This document shows, in pieces, positions 28,475-38,036 of a stretch of DNA of 47,214 nucleotides. The stretch's first letter is position 1; each line of letters starts with the position of its first letter. The DNA comes from a bacterium (GTDB lineage: Bacteria; Zhuqueibacterota; Zhuqueibacteria; Zhuqueibacterales; Zhuqueibacteraceae), in the NCBI GenBank assembly GCA_044869275.1, contig JBIOXB010000142.1, forward strand, positions 1-47,214, given 5' to 3'. The notes under the pieces are model-generated. The model had not been told where the DNA came from and did no database searches. It saw nothing but the letters and a program-made list of their open reading frames with translations. The position numbers and the translations under genes are program-made.

Positions 28475-29521
28475 ATGTCACGCACTACTCGATTATGCCT
28501 ATGCTTGATTGTCGCCCTCGGCAATGCTCTTCTTGCCCAAAGCAAAGGCGGCAGATGGCAATGCGAGAATAATGGCCTGGATACCGCCGGCTGGGACGTT
28601 GTCGAAGACGACGGGGCGTTGCACGGCCCGGCGAGTTATGGCGATATCGCGCCGTTGCGGGAAGGCAATTCCTATCTATCTTTGGAAGCCGGCGATGCTC
28701 ATGATTTCTTGAAAATCGCGGACAGCGCTGATCTTGATTTCGACCACGAAAGCGTCGGGATTTCGGCCTGGATTTATCCCATCGCTTTCACGCGCGTGCA
28801 TTTCGTTCTCGTCAAAGGCGATCAGTTTCCCACGCCTAAAACCACGAATTACTGCCTGCGTATTTCCGAAAGCAAGAACCTGGAGTTTCTCATTCGCGAT
28901 ACCAACGATCGTGCGCAACGCGTGACCTCGAGCTTCACCATTCCACTTAACCAATGGACCTTCGTGGCCGCATTTTATGATTTTCAGGCGCGGAAGGTCT
29001 ACCTGTGGAACGATCCGGTTGCGCCGGCCGTCGATACTTTGCAATTCGATCAACCTCTTTTTTCAAATGATTCGCCCCTGACCATCGGGACGTGGTACCG
29101 GAGCGATCCGGCCTCTCCCAGCATCAACGATTTTGAAGGCCGCATTGATGATGTTCGTCTCAGCGGAAGATGGCAGGATTTGTTTCCGCCAACGACCGCA
29201 GTGGCTTCGCCCGCCGATCCCGCGGCTGCGACATTTGCGGCTGAACTTCACGTCTTTCCCAATCCCGCTGTTGCCGGCGGCCGGCGCAACCACGGCGCCG
29301 TGCACTTCACCTCGCCATTTGCCCAGGTCAAGTCCATTGCCATTTACAATATCCTGGGCGAGATCGTTTTCGAAACTTCCACCTATCATCCTGCTCAACT
29401 CTTCCATTTTGAGTGGAATCTCCGCGATCAAAACGGCCACTTGCTCCACACGGGCATTTACTGGGTTAGCATAAGCAACGGGCGCAGTTATTTGACGAAG
29501 AAGTTCTTTGTCATCAGATGA
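28475..29521 (+). CDS. LamG/concanavalin-like domain protein with T9SS-type C-terminal domain
   Basis: ISAWIYP, LNQWTFVA, LTIG, FEGRIDDVRL; CTD VFPNP...IYNILGE...W...GIY...TKKFFVIR. Confidence 0.82.
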   Translation: MSRTTRLCLCLIVALGNALLAQSKGGRWQCENNGLDTAGWDVVEDDGALHGPASYGDIAPLREGNSYLSLEAGDAHDFLKIADSADLDFDHESVGISAWIYPIAFTRVHFVLVKGDQFPTPKTTNYCLRISESKNLEFLIRDTNDRAQRVTSSFTIPLNQWTFVAAFYDFQARKVYLWNDPVAPAVDTLQFDQPLFSNDSPLTIGTWYRSDPASPSINDFEGRIDDVRLSGRWQDLFPPTTAVASPADPAAATFAAELHVFPNPAVAGGRRNHGAVHFTSPFAQVKSIAIYNILGEIVFETSTYHPAQLFHFEWNLRDQNGHLLHTGIYWVSISNGRSYLTKKFFVIR

Positions 29522-31263
29522 AAGCCCAAGAGACATGCTGCCTGTGCGCAGGGCTCGTGTGGCTGCTTTCGCTTGCGGCTTGCGACTCTTCCTGCTCCGA
29601 TCGCAAGTTGGCTTCGGCAGCTCTTGGTACCGATTACTTCACGGAAATTACAGATCAAGTCAAACTGAATTTTGTACACGAAGCCGGCGTTGACGGCAGC
29701 TATTACATGCCGGAAAGCCTCGGCTCGGGGGGCGCATTTCTGGATTACGACAACGATGGCGATCTCGACATATATTTGATCAACAGCGGCTACCATGGTG
29801 CGCACCGAGAGCAGCATCCACCTGCAACGAATCGCTTGTTCCGCCAGGAAGCCGAGGGCTCATTCCTCGAGGTCACCGCGGCTTCCGGCCTGGGCGAGAC
29901 CGGTTACGGCATGGGCTGCGCCATTGGCGACTTTGACAACGACGGCCACCCCGACGTTTACGTGACCAACTATGGCCCTGATGTGCTCTACCGGAACAAT
30001 GGCAATGGTACCTTTACAAATGTCACCCAAGCTGCTGGCATCGACAACTCGCATTGGGCTTGCTCGGCGATTTTTTTCGATTACGATCGCGACGGTTTTC
30101 TCGATCTCTACGTCACCAACTACCTGGCTTATGACAGCACGGTGGTGTGCACCGATCGAGCCGGCCGCCCAGATTATTGCGGACCAACTGGTTTTCCCGC
30201 GGTTCCGGACAAGTTGTATCACAACAACGGCAATGGCACTTTTGCCGATGTTTCGCTGGTCTCGAGAATTGCGAGCGTGGCTTCATATGGCTTGGGTGTG
30301 GTAAGCGCCGATTTCAACGACGATGGCTGGCCCGATGTTTTTGTCGCCAACGATCGCGAACCGAATTTTTTGTGGATCAACCAAAAGAACGGCACTTTCA
30401 AAGATGAAGCCTTGCCACGAGGCGCGGCGGTCAATGCGCTCGGTTTGGCGGCGGCAAACATGGGCGTGGCTGTGGGCGATATCGATAATGATGAAGACCT
30501 GGATTTGTTCATTACGCATTTGCGTGAGGAGGGCAACACCTTTTATCGCAATATCGGAGGCGGGATGTTTCAGGATGACAGCTCACCGGCGCGCCTGGCC
30601 GGTATCAGCCTGCCTTACACCGGTTTTGGCACTGGATTCTTCGATTATGATCATGATGGCGACCTCGACCTTGCCGTGGTGAATGGCCGGGTGACGCGCG
30701 GCCCGCTGCTCAAGAATACCGAGACCCCCGACTATTGGGATTATTATGCGGAGCCGGATTTCATGTTTGAAAACGAGGGCGCGGGAAAATTTCGCGATGC
30801 CAGCGCACCGGCGGCGTCCTTCTGTGGACAAATCGAAAACGGCCGCGGCCTGGCGTTCGGCGACGTGGATAATGACGGCGACCTAGATTTGCTCGTGACG
30901 AATGAAGGAGGCTGCGCCCGTTTGTATCGCAACGACGTCCCCAACAAGGGCCACTGGCTCCTGGTGCGCGCGATGGATCCCGCTCTTAAGCGCGACGCCT
31001 TCGGGGCGAAAATTTTTGTTGAAGCCAATGGCGCTCGCGTGTTGCGCTGCGTTTCGCCGGGCTACAGTTATCTCAACAGTAATGAACCGCGTGTGCATTT
31101 TGGATTGGGCGCGGCAGCAACGGTGGAAAAAATTCTGGTGCAATGGCCGGACGGTGCCGTCGAGATGTTTCCCGGCGCCGCCGCAGATCAGATAATCACT
31201 CTGCAGAAGGGGTTGGGGAAACGACTGGGAGGTTTGCCTGCGCGAAACGCCAGTGCATTGTAG
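29518..31263 (+). CDS. CRTAC1-family protein (FG-GAP + ASPIC/UnbV), probable lipoprotein
   Basis: LAA-C; PESLGSGGAFLDYDNDG, DYCGP, YSYLNSNEPRVHFGLG...WPDG. Confidence 0.9.
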   Translation: MKAQETCCLCAGLVWLLSLAACDSSCSDRKLASAALGTDYFTEITDQVKLNFVHEAGVDGSYYMPESLGSGGAFLDYDNDGDLDIYLINSGYHGAHREQHPPATNRLFRQEAEGSFLEVTAASGLGETGYGMGCAIGDFDNDGHPDVYVTNYGPDVLYRNNGNGTFTNVTQAAGIDNSHWACSAIFFDYDRDGFLDLYVTNYLAYDSTVVCTDRAGRPDYCGPTGFPAVPDKLYHNNGNGTFADVSLVSRIASVASYGLGVVSADFNDDGWPDVFVANDREPNFLWINQKNGTFKDEALPRGAAVNALGLAAANMGVAVGDIDNDEDLDLFITHLREEGNTFYRNIGGGMFQDDSSPARLAGISLPYTGFGTGFFDYDHDGDLDLAVVNGRVTRGPLLKNTETPDYWDYYAEPDFMFENEGAGKFRDASAPAASFCGQIENGRGLAFGDVDNDGDLDLLVTNEGGCARLYRNDVPNKGHWLLVRAMDPALKRDAFGAKIFVEANGARVLRCVSPGYSYLNSNEPRVHFGLGAAATVEKILVQWPDGAVEMFPGAAADQIITLQKGLGKRLGGLPARNASAL

Positions 31264-31323
31264 TCTTCAAATCTGTCAGAAAACCTAAACTGTCATCCCG
31301 TGGGATCTTGATTGACGCGATCA

Positions 31324-32796
31324 ATGAACATTGGGGTTTTCCAAAGCCGACGCGGACTGATTGTCAGCATGGGACTAGGTGTGATTTTGATTGTGGGATT
31401 TTGGGGAATCAGATCGCACCTTCTCTCCATCGATTCCTCTTTACCGCGTCTTGATTTTGACGGAAGTGAAGCGCCGGTGGTCGAAAAGCTCACTCTGCAA
31501 CGCACAGAAGTTGAGCGAAATCCAAAATCGGCCCGGCATTGGGGAAGATTAGGTGTGAATCTTTATGTCCATGACTTCCAGCGCGAATCCATTCCCTGCT
31601 TCCAGCGGGCGGCAGCGCTTGATACAAAAGAATTTCGCTGGCCATACTATTGCGCCTTTGCTTTATCTGAGGCCGGCTCGTCCGAGGCGCTGGCATGGTA
31701 CGAACGCGGCCGTTCGTTGAATCCCAACTACACTCCTTTGCAAGTTCGTTATGGCCAGGCCCTGTTGGAAGCAGGACAATTAGAAAAAGCCGAAGCCTCA
31801 TTTCAAGCGGCTTTGCGCGGGCAGCCGCGACTGCCGCATGCCTATCTGGGCGCGGCGAGAATTGCTCTGCAAAAAAATGATTTGCCGGAGGCTCGCGAGT
31901 ATGCACGGCAAGCTCTCGCGCTGGCACCGCAATTTAGAGAAGCGCAGAGTTTGTTGGCGGAGATCTATCGCCGTTCGTACGATATGCCCAATGCCGAGCA
32001 CTGCCTGCGGCTTGCCGAGAAGCTGCCGGCAAAGATGGAGATGCCGGATCCGGTCTTCGCTGAAATGATTGCTGAAGGTGTAAGTTCGTATTGGCGTCGC
32101 ATGCGCGCCAGCCGGCATTTGGCCGCAGGCCGTTACGATCAGGCCGTGCAAGAGCTGCAACTGGCCCTTGCCGCCCGGCCGGATGCCGAAGCGTACAACA
32201 ATCTCGGCATGGCTCTGCAATATCAGAAAAAGTTCTCCGCGGCAGCCGAGCAATATCGCCAGGCGCTGGTGCTCAAACCTGGTTACGTCGAAGCACTGAA
32301 CAATTTGAGCGTGGCGCTCTTCGAGACTGGCCAAATTGAAGAGGCGATGGCGCAGGTTGAGAAAGTCGTGCAGCTTGACTCGACCCTGCCGGATGCGTAT
32401 TTGAATCTCGGGACTTTTTGCAAGCGCGCGGGCCATACGGCCCAGGCGATGCGCGCGTTTCGGCAGGGTCTGAGCCATGCGCCCAATGATGCGCGCCTCG
32501 CTTATCAGCTGGCCTGGTTGCTGGCCACGGCCTCGGAAACAAAATTCAGGAATGGCGAAGAAGCGCTGCGCATTGCCAAAACGGTTTGTGAGAAAACCGC
32601 AAATCGCTCACCCGGCGCGCTGGATGCATTGGCCGCAGCATATGCTGAAAACCGCCGGTTTGAAGAGGCAGTGCAAACGGCGCAGCAAGCGCAAAAACTG
32701 GCCGTTGCAGAAGGGCAGCGCCAATTGGCGAATCAGATACAAGCAAGAGTGCAGTTGTACAAATCAAAAAAACCTTATCGTGAAGCTGTGCTTTGA
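31324..32796 (+). CDS. TPR protein with N-terminal TM anchor
   Basis: Many TPRs (AYNNLG, ALNNLS, AYLNLG); C-terminal LAWLLAT...RNGEEA...LDALAAAYAE; start may be TTG 31312. Confidence 0.88.
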   Translation: MNIGVFQSRRGLIVSMGLGVILIVGFWGIRSHLLSIDSSLPRLDFDGSEAPVVEKLTLQRTEVERNPKSARHWGRLGVNLYVHDFQRESIPCFQRAAALDTKEFRWPYYCAFALSEAGSSEALAWYERGRSLNPNYTPLQVRYGQALLEAGQLEKAEASFQAALRGQPRLPHAYLGAARIALQKNDLPEAREYARQALALAPQFREAQSLLAEIYRRSYDMPNAEHCLRLAEKLPAKMEMPDPVFAEMIAEGVSSYWRRMRASRHLAAGRYDQAVQELQLALAARPDAEAYNNLGMALQYQKKFSAAAEQYRQALVLKPGYVEALNNLSVALFETGQIEEAMAQVEKVVQLDSTLPDAYLNLGTFCKRAGHTAQAMRAFRQGLSHAPNDARLAYQLAWLLATASETKFRNGEEALRIAKTVCEKTANRSPGALDALAAAYAENRRFEEAVQTAQQAQKLAVAEGQRQLANQIQARVQLYKSKKPYREAVL

Positions 32797-32904
32797 TCCG
32801 TTCGGCGCTGCGCCTGCGGGCGCGCAGGTGGAGGGAGGCCATGTCCGCTCAAATTGATAGAGGTGAAGTGCGACTTTACTCATTTTTTGAATGCAGGAGA
32901 CAAG

Positions 32905-33999
32905 ATGAAGACAGCGAGTGTTGCTTTTGCTGCAGGCGTATTCCTTTTCATTTGTACTCATACTCTTGCTCAAACGCCGCCTGATCAGCTTTTGCTCAAA
33001 AACTACCGGCCCAAATCCCTCTATAAAGTACCGGCCACCCATATTCAAAAAGCCAAGTACCCCATCATTGATGTTCATTCGCACCCGTATGCCAAGGGAG
33101 CGGAAGAAATCGCGCAATGGGTAAAAACCATGGATGAAGTTGGTCTCGAGAAAACCATGATTTTGACGTATTCGACTGGCGCGCGCTTTGATTCCATTTA
33201 TGCCCTATACTCGAAGCATCCCGGCCGTTTTGAGATTTGGTGCGGCTTCGATTACACTGGTTATGACAAGCCCGGCTTCGGCCCGTCAGCCGTTGCCGAG
33301 CTCGAGCGTTGCATCAAATTGGGCGCCACGGGCGTGGGTGAATTGGGGGACAAGGGCAAGGGCCTGTTCTACGACTATCCGACCAAGGCTTGGGGCATGC
33401 ACCTCGATGATGCGCGCATGGATCCGTTACTGCAAAAATGTGCCGAGTTAAGGATTCCCGTGCAAATCCATGTTGCCGAACCCATGTGGATGTACGTGCC
33501 CATGGATTCCACCAACGACGGCCTGATGAACGCTTACGAGTGGCGGCTGGATAATCAAAAGGGCATTCTCAGCCACGCCGAGATGGTGCGGACATTGGAA
33601 AATGCGGCAAAGCGCCATCCCCAAACCACTTTTATCGCCTCGCACTATGCCAATTGTTGTTACGATCTGAGCATCCTCGCAGCGCTGCTCGACCAGCATC
33701 CCAACCTCTACGCGGAAATTGGCGCCCGTTACGCCGAAACCGCGCCCATACCTCGCTACATGCACAAGTTTTTCGAAAAGTATCAGGACCGCATACTCTA
33801 CGGCACCGATATGGGATTTGATAAAGAGATGTATCAGATCACGTTTAGAATCTTGGAAAGCGCCGATGAGCATTTCTATGAGACCGAGCAATTCGGCTAT
33901 CACTGGGCCTTGCATGGCTTTGGTTTGAGCGATCAGGTATTGAGGAAAGTTTATCGCGAGAATGCACTGAAGATATTGGCGCAAAGACAAAAGAGATAG
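32905..33999 (+). CDS. Exported amidohydrolase (Amidohydro_2-like TIM barrel)
   Basis: Signal peptide; IDVHSH, IHVAEP, YGTD, KVYRENA; AGGAG RBS. Confidence 0.87.
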   Translation: MKTASVAFAAGVFLFICTHTLAQTPPDQLLLKNYRPKSLYKVPATHIQKAKYPIIDVHSHPYAKGAEEIAQWVKTMDEVGLEKTMILTYSTGARFDSIYALYSKHPGRFEIWCGFDYTGYDKPGFGPSAVAELERCIKLGATGVGELGDKGKGLFYDYPTKAWGMHLDDARMDPLLQKCAELRIPVQIHVAEPMWMYVPMDSTNDGLMNAYEWRLDNQKGILSHAEMVRTLENAAKRHPQTTFIASHYANCCYDLSILAALLDQHPNLYAEIGARYAETAPIPRYMHKFFEKYQDRILYGTDMGFDKEMYQITFRILESADEHFYETEQFGYHWALHGFGLSDQVLRKVYRENALKILAQRQKR

Positions 34000-34106
34000 T
34001 CAATCTTGCCTGCAAGAATCTGTAAGGCCCTTGAGGCGAAGATTATCGCAGATTATGCTTATTTCTGCGCCAAGCGGTGTAACCATTTTGCGTTGTCAGA
34101 AGGAAT

Positions 34107-34270
34107 CAGACTGTGTGAAAACTTGAGAATGCCGCACCCTGAGCTTGTCGAAGGGAGCTTGTCGAAGGGTGCCAAGTTCAAAAAGCCGTCTTCGGCAAGC
34201 TCAGGCTTCGACAGGCTCAGGCTTCGACAGGCTCAGCCGGCGTTGAAACCATGCGTTTTCGCACAGTCTG
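34107..34270. mobile_element. MITE (164 bp) with 16-bp TIRs
   Basis: CAGACTGTGTGAAAAC...GTTTTCGCACAGTCTG flanked by AAT direct repeat; internal GAGCTTGTCGAAG/CTTCGACAGGCTCAG repeats; inverted copy at 42573-42690. Confidence 0.8.
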
Positions 34271-34422
34271 AATCTTGGCTCGAGAAGATTTATCGCTTTA
34301 ATGCGGATGAAACGTTTCCGGCTGCCTGGTGGAAATGATAACGAAGTTTGTCTTTTATGGTAAGAATTCAGCGAATCCCGATACCAAAATTCATACCGAT
34401 ATGAAGCTAAGGTTCAAAATCG

Positions 34423-34491
34423 CCCACGGCGTTAGAACCCACACGGAAATTGAAAACAAAATTTTTTCCGTGGCAGTTCCACTTCCGTGGG
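34423..34491. repeat. Palindromic repeat (CACGGAA/TTCCGTG family)
   Basis: CCCACGG...CACACGGAAA...TTTCCGTGG...TTCCGTGGG. Confidence 0.55.
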
Positions 34492-34559
34492 AGAAAAGCT
34501 TGTTTTAGATGGCGAAATTTGTACCTCAGATATGCTTTTTCAACGCGTGGAGGAAGGTC

Positions 34560-36620
34560 ATGCTTAGATTTTGTAAATCCAAGAATCCTGCAGTGTTGGC
34601 TGCCATGTGTGTGCTGGTGTTTTTCATGCAGGCATGCAGCACCCAGAAATCTGGCGTCACCGTGGACGGCAAAAACATTCAACTCCTCTTTGACAACAAG
34701 ATGCACAGTAAAGTTATGGCAAAGTTGCGTGATCGGTCAGTGGAAATTGGAGGCTATTCACCCAGCGAGTTTGTCGTTATTTCTGGGAATGAGGTGAAAG
34801 ATTTTGCCTTCAAGGAGTCTCAGAAAGAACGCCTCGATGACGGCATCGGCAAAGGGAGTAGATTCATCATCACCGGCATTGGTGCTGCGTTGCGAAAGGA
34901 AATCGCCATCTCCCTTTACGATGATTTTCCAAACCTGGCCGCTTACCAGGTTTCCTATACGAACACGGGTGATACGGAGGTTATGATTGAGAGCTGGACG
35001 AACAACAGCTATGTGATTTCCGCGCAGAGCGCGGGTGATCCTCGGTTTTGGTCTTATCAAAGTGGCTCGTATGAGTCCCGTGCGGATTGGGTGTTGCCAC
35101 TGAAAGCAGGCTTCTTGCAGCAGAACTTTATGGGAATGAATGCACCTGATTACGGTGGGGGCACGCCGGTGGTTGATATTTGGCGACGCGATATTGGCCT
35201 CGGTGTTGGCCATCTCGAGATGGTTCCCAAATTGGTTTCGCTTGCCGTGAGCATGCCGGATTCCTCTTTCGCGGGCTTGGGCGTGAAATGCAACGTTAAA
35301 AAGCCTCTCAAACCGGGCGAAACTTTCACCACGTTTCAAACTTTTGTTGTGGTGCATGGTGGTGATTATTTCCAAACTCTGGCGGATTATCGCGGCCTGA
35401 TGATCAAGAAGGGCATGGCGTTCCAAGAGCCGCCGCTCTCCACGTATGAACCTGAATGGTGTGCGTGGGGTTATGAGCGCAATTTCACGATGGATCAAGT
35501 CGTCAACACTTTGCCGATGGCCAAGAAGCTTGGCTATCAATGGGCGACGCTGGATGACGGATGGCAAAATGCTGAGGGGGATTGGTACCTGGACAAAAAG
35601 AAATTTCCCCATGGCGATGCCGACATGATCGATTTCGTGAAACGGATCAATGCCCAGGGGCTGAAATCAAAGCTCTGGTGGTCACCGCTGGCGGTGGATC
35701 CGGGCACGGATTTGATCCAGCAGCATCCGGAATATCTATTGCTGAACCAAGACGGCTCCACGCAGAAGATCAGTTGGTGGGATGCCTACTATTTGTGCCC
35801 CGCTTATCCACCGGTGCAGGAATATACCAAGAAACTCGTGCAGACGTTTATGCAAAGCTGGGGATTTGAAGGCTTGAAGATCGACGGCCAACACTTGAAT
35901 GGCGCGCCGCCGTGTTACAACGCAGCGCATCATCACGCCTATCCCGAAGAATCCGCCGAGAAGGTGCCGGAGTTTTTCAAGGTGATTTATGAAACCGCGA
36001 TGGGCGCCAATCCCAATGCCGTGGTTCAAATTTGCCCGTGCGGCACGGCGTTTTCATTTTTCACGATGCCATACATGAATCAATCGGTATCCTCGGATCC
36101 CGAGAGCTCCTGGCAGATTCGCTTGAAGGGCAAAACGTTGAAGGCATTGATGGGACCGCATGCTGCTTATTACGGCGATCACGTGGAGCTCAGCGACGGC
36201 CACAATGATTTTGCTTCGACCGTAGGCATCGGCGGCATCATCGGCACCAAATTTACCTGGCCGGTGGGCGCGAAGAAAAAATCCAAAGTTGACTTGACGC
36301 CGGAACGCGAAGCCATGTGGGCGAAATGGTCGGAAGTGTATCACGCAAAAATGTTGCCCGCCGGCTCCTATCGCGGAGCGCTTTACGATATCGGTTTTGA
36401 CAAGCCGGAAACGCACGCGATTCAAAAAGATGGCAAAATGTATTATGCCTATTATGCCGAGGAATGGAAGGGTGAGGTGGAATTACGCGGCCTGGAAGCG
36501 CGACGCTATCGCGTGCAGGATTACGTCAATCAAAAGGACTATGGCACCGTGCAGGGGCCGACGGCAAAACTCGCGTCACAGTTTGCGCGGAGCTTGTTGC
36601 TCGAAGCGGCTCCTGAGTAA
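34560..36620 (+). CDS. GH36-family alpha-galactosidase/alpha-hexosaminidase-like enzyme, probable lipoprotein
   Basis: MQA-C lipobox-like; WCAWG, LDDGWQ, LKID nucleophile motif, SSDP; GGAGG RBS before ATG 34560. Confidence 0.85.
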   Translation: MLRFCKSKNPAVLAAMCVLVFFMQACSTQKSGVTVDGKNIQLLFDNKMHSKVMAKLRDRSVEIGGYSPSEFVVISGNEVKDFAFKESQKERLDDGIGKGSRFIITGIGAALRKEIAISLYDDFPNLAAYQVSYTNTGDTEVMIESWTNNSYVISAQSAGDPRFWSYQSGSYESRADWVLPLKAGFLQQNFMGMNAPDYGGGTPVVDIWRRDIGLGVGHLEMVPKLVSLAVSMPDSSFAGLGVKCNVKKPLKPGETFTTFQTFVVVHGGDYFQTLADYRGLMIKKGMAFQEPPLSTYEPEWCAWGYERNFTMDQVVNTLPMAKKLGYQWATLDDGWQNAEGDWYLDKKKFPHGDADMIDFVKRINAQGLKSKLWWSPLAVDPGTDLIQQHPEYLLLNQDGSTQKISWWDAYYLCPAYPPVQEYTKKLVQTFMQSWGFEGLKIDGQHLNGAPPCYNAAHHHAYPEESAEKVPEFFKVIYETAMGANPNAVVQICPCGTAFSFFTMPYMNQSVSSDPESSWQIRLKGKTLKALMGPHAAYYGDHVELSDGHNDFASTVGIGGIIGTKFTWPVGAKKKSKVDLTPEREAMWAKWSEVYHAKMLPAGSYRGALYDIGFDKPETHAIQKDGKMYYAYYAEEWKGEVELRGLEARRYRVQDYVNQKDYGTVQGPTAKLASQFARSLLLEAAPE

Positions 36621-36666
36621 ATGAGCTCATGACAAGTTTGTCGAGACAATTTATCGAGAGGCGACA

Positions 36667-37851
36667 ATGGCAAAACTTCTGAAATGGGTTTTGATTCATG
36701 CTCTCTTTCTTTTTTGGGCGCCGCTCTATGGGCAGCAAAAAGACCTCATTGGTTATTTTCCATCCTGGCAATGGCAAAAGAATCGAGAACGCCTCAACCC
36801 TCACTCGATACCGTATGAAAAGTTAACCGCAGTAACCTACGCTTTTTTTTATCCACTGGAAAGTGGCGAAATCGTGGGGATGGATCCGATGGCCGACCAC
36901 TATCTTCTTAAAGGTGAAACGGATTCTCTCTCCGGTAACCTCGAGCCACACAGTTCGATGGTAGACCTCGCGCATCGCCACGGCACCAAGGTGATGCTCT
37001 CGATTGGCGGCTGGGAAAATTCAAATAATTTCCCCCAGGTCGCTGCCGATTCGCAGAAACGCATCAATTTTGCACACTGGTGTGTCAAGCATATTCATGA
37101 CTATGGCTTTGATGGTATTGATGTGGATTGGGAATTTCCAGGCTACGTCCGTCACAAAGGCACACCCCAGGACAAACAGAATTTCACTTTGTTGCTGCAA
37201 AACGTAAGAGACAGCCTGCAGGCGCTTGGGAAAAGAACTGGCAAATACTATTCGCTCTCTGCCTCCTTGCCCGCGGCCGCCAGCCATCTGCCCGAGATAG
37301 AGGTTCGGAAGATCACCGCGATTTTGGATCGCCTCAACATTATGACGTACGATCTTTTCGGACCGTGGGGCAAGATCAGCAATCATAATTCTGCGCTCTT
37401 CGGACCAGCACAGGGTGATTCCTCCCGCTGTCTGGACGGGGCATTTAAGCTCTATCACCATGAGCACCATGTGCCCGCTGAAAAAATCAATCTGGGCGTT
37501 GCTTTTTACGGGCACGCCTATGCCAACTGCACCCAAATCTATGCTGCCCATGGTGGCGCCGATACTAAGATATTTCCCACAGATGATGGAGTAAACTATG
37601 CCCGAATCGTTGAGCACTTTGATCTCTTCAAACGCTACTGGGACAATAAAGCGCAGGCACCCTACTTGGTGAGCGAATCGCAAAAAACGCTTGTTTCCTT
37701 CGACGACGAGGAGTCGGTTGCCCGCAAAGCAGACTACGTGAAACAAAAAAATGCCAGCGGACTTATTATTTGGACATTGCTGGGAGATTGTTTGAAAGAT
37801 GGCCGGACGCCTCTGCTCGACGCGATCCATGATAGATTTGCTTCGCAGTGA
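36667..37851 (+). CDS. GH18 chitinase-like glycoside hydrolase, exported
   Basis: SIGGW, FDGIDVDWEFP (DxxDxDxE), MTYD, G..FYG. Confidence 0.92.
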   Translation: MAKLLKWVLIHALFLFWAPLYGQQKDLIGYFPSWQWQKNRERLNPHSIPYEKLTAVTYAFFYPLESGEIVGMDPMADHYLLKGETDSLSGNLEPHSSMVDLAHRHGTKVMLSIGGWENSNNFPQVAADSQKRINFAHWCVKHIHDYGFDGIDVDWEFPGYVRHKGTPQDKQNFTLLLQNVRDSLQALGKRTGKYYSLSASLPAAASHLPEIEVRKITAILDRLNIMTYDLFGPWGKISNHNSALFGPAQGDSSRCLDGAFKLYHHEHHVPAEKINLGVAFYGHAYANCTQIYAAHGGADTKIFPTDDGVNYARIVEHFDLFKRYWDNKAQAPYLVSESQKTLVSFDDEESVARKADYVKQKNASGLIIWTLLGDCLKDGRTPLLDAIHDRFASQ

Positions 37852-37913
37852 AGATTCCTGCAATGCTGATGCCATAATAAGTGAAATCTTTACTTTTTCG
37901 GCAGACAAATTCA

Positions 37914-37980
37914 GACCGCGAATCAACGCTAATGAACGCTAATGTTTTTCATTCGCGTTAATTCGCGCTCATTCGCGGTC
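37914..37980. repeat. Decamer-periodic inverted repeat
   Basis: GACCGCGAAT CAACGCTAAT GAACGCTAAT ... ATTCGCGTTA ATTCGCGCTC ATTCGCGGTC. Confidence 0.75.
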
Positions 37981-38036
37981 GACCCTTGTTTGATTGCGGC
38001 ATGTCCGCGTTGGGCCATAAGAAGAGGTGATATTTC

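Noticed and set aside
34006..34338. 110-aa plus-strand ORF
   Set aside because: Translation of the MITE repeats (PELVEG, FDRL); no RBS
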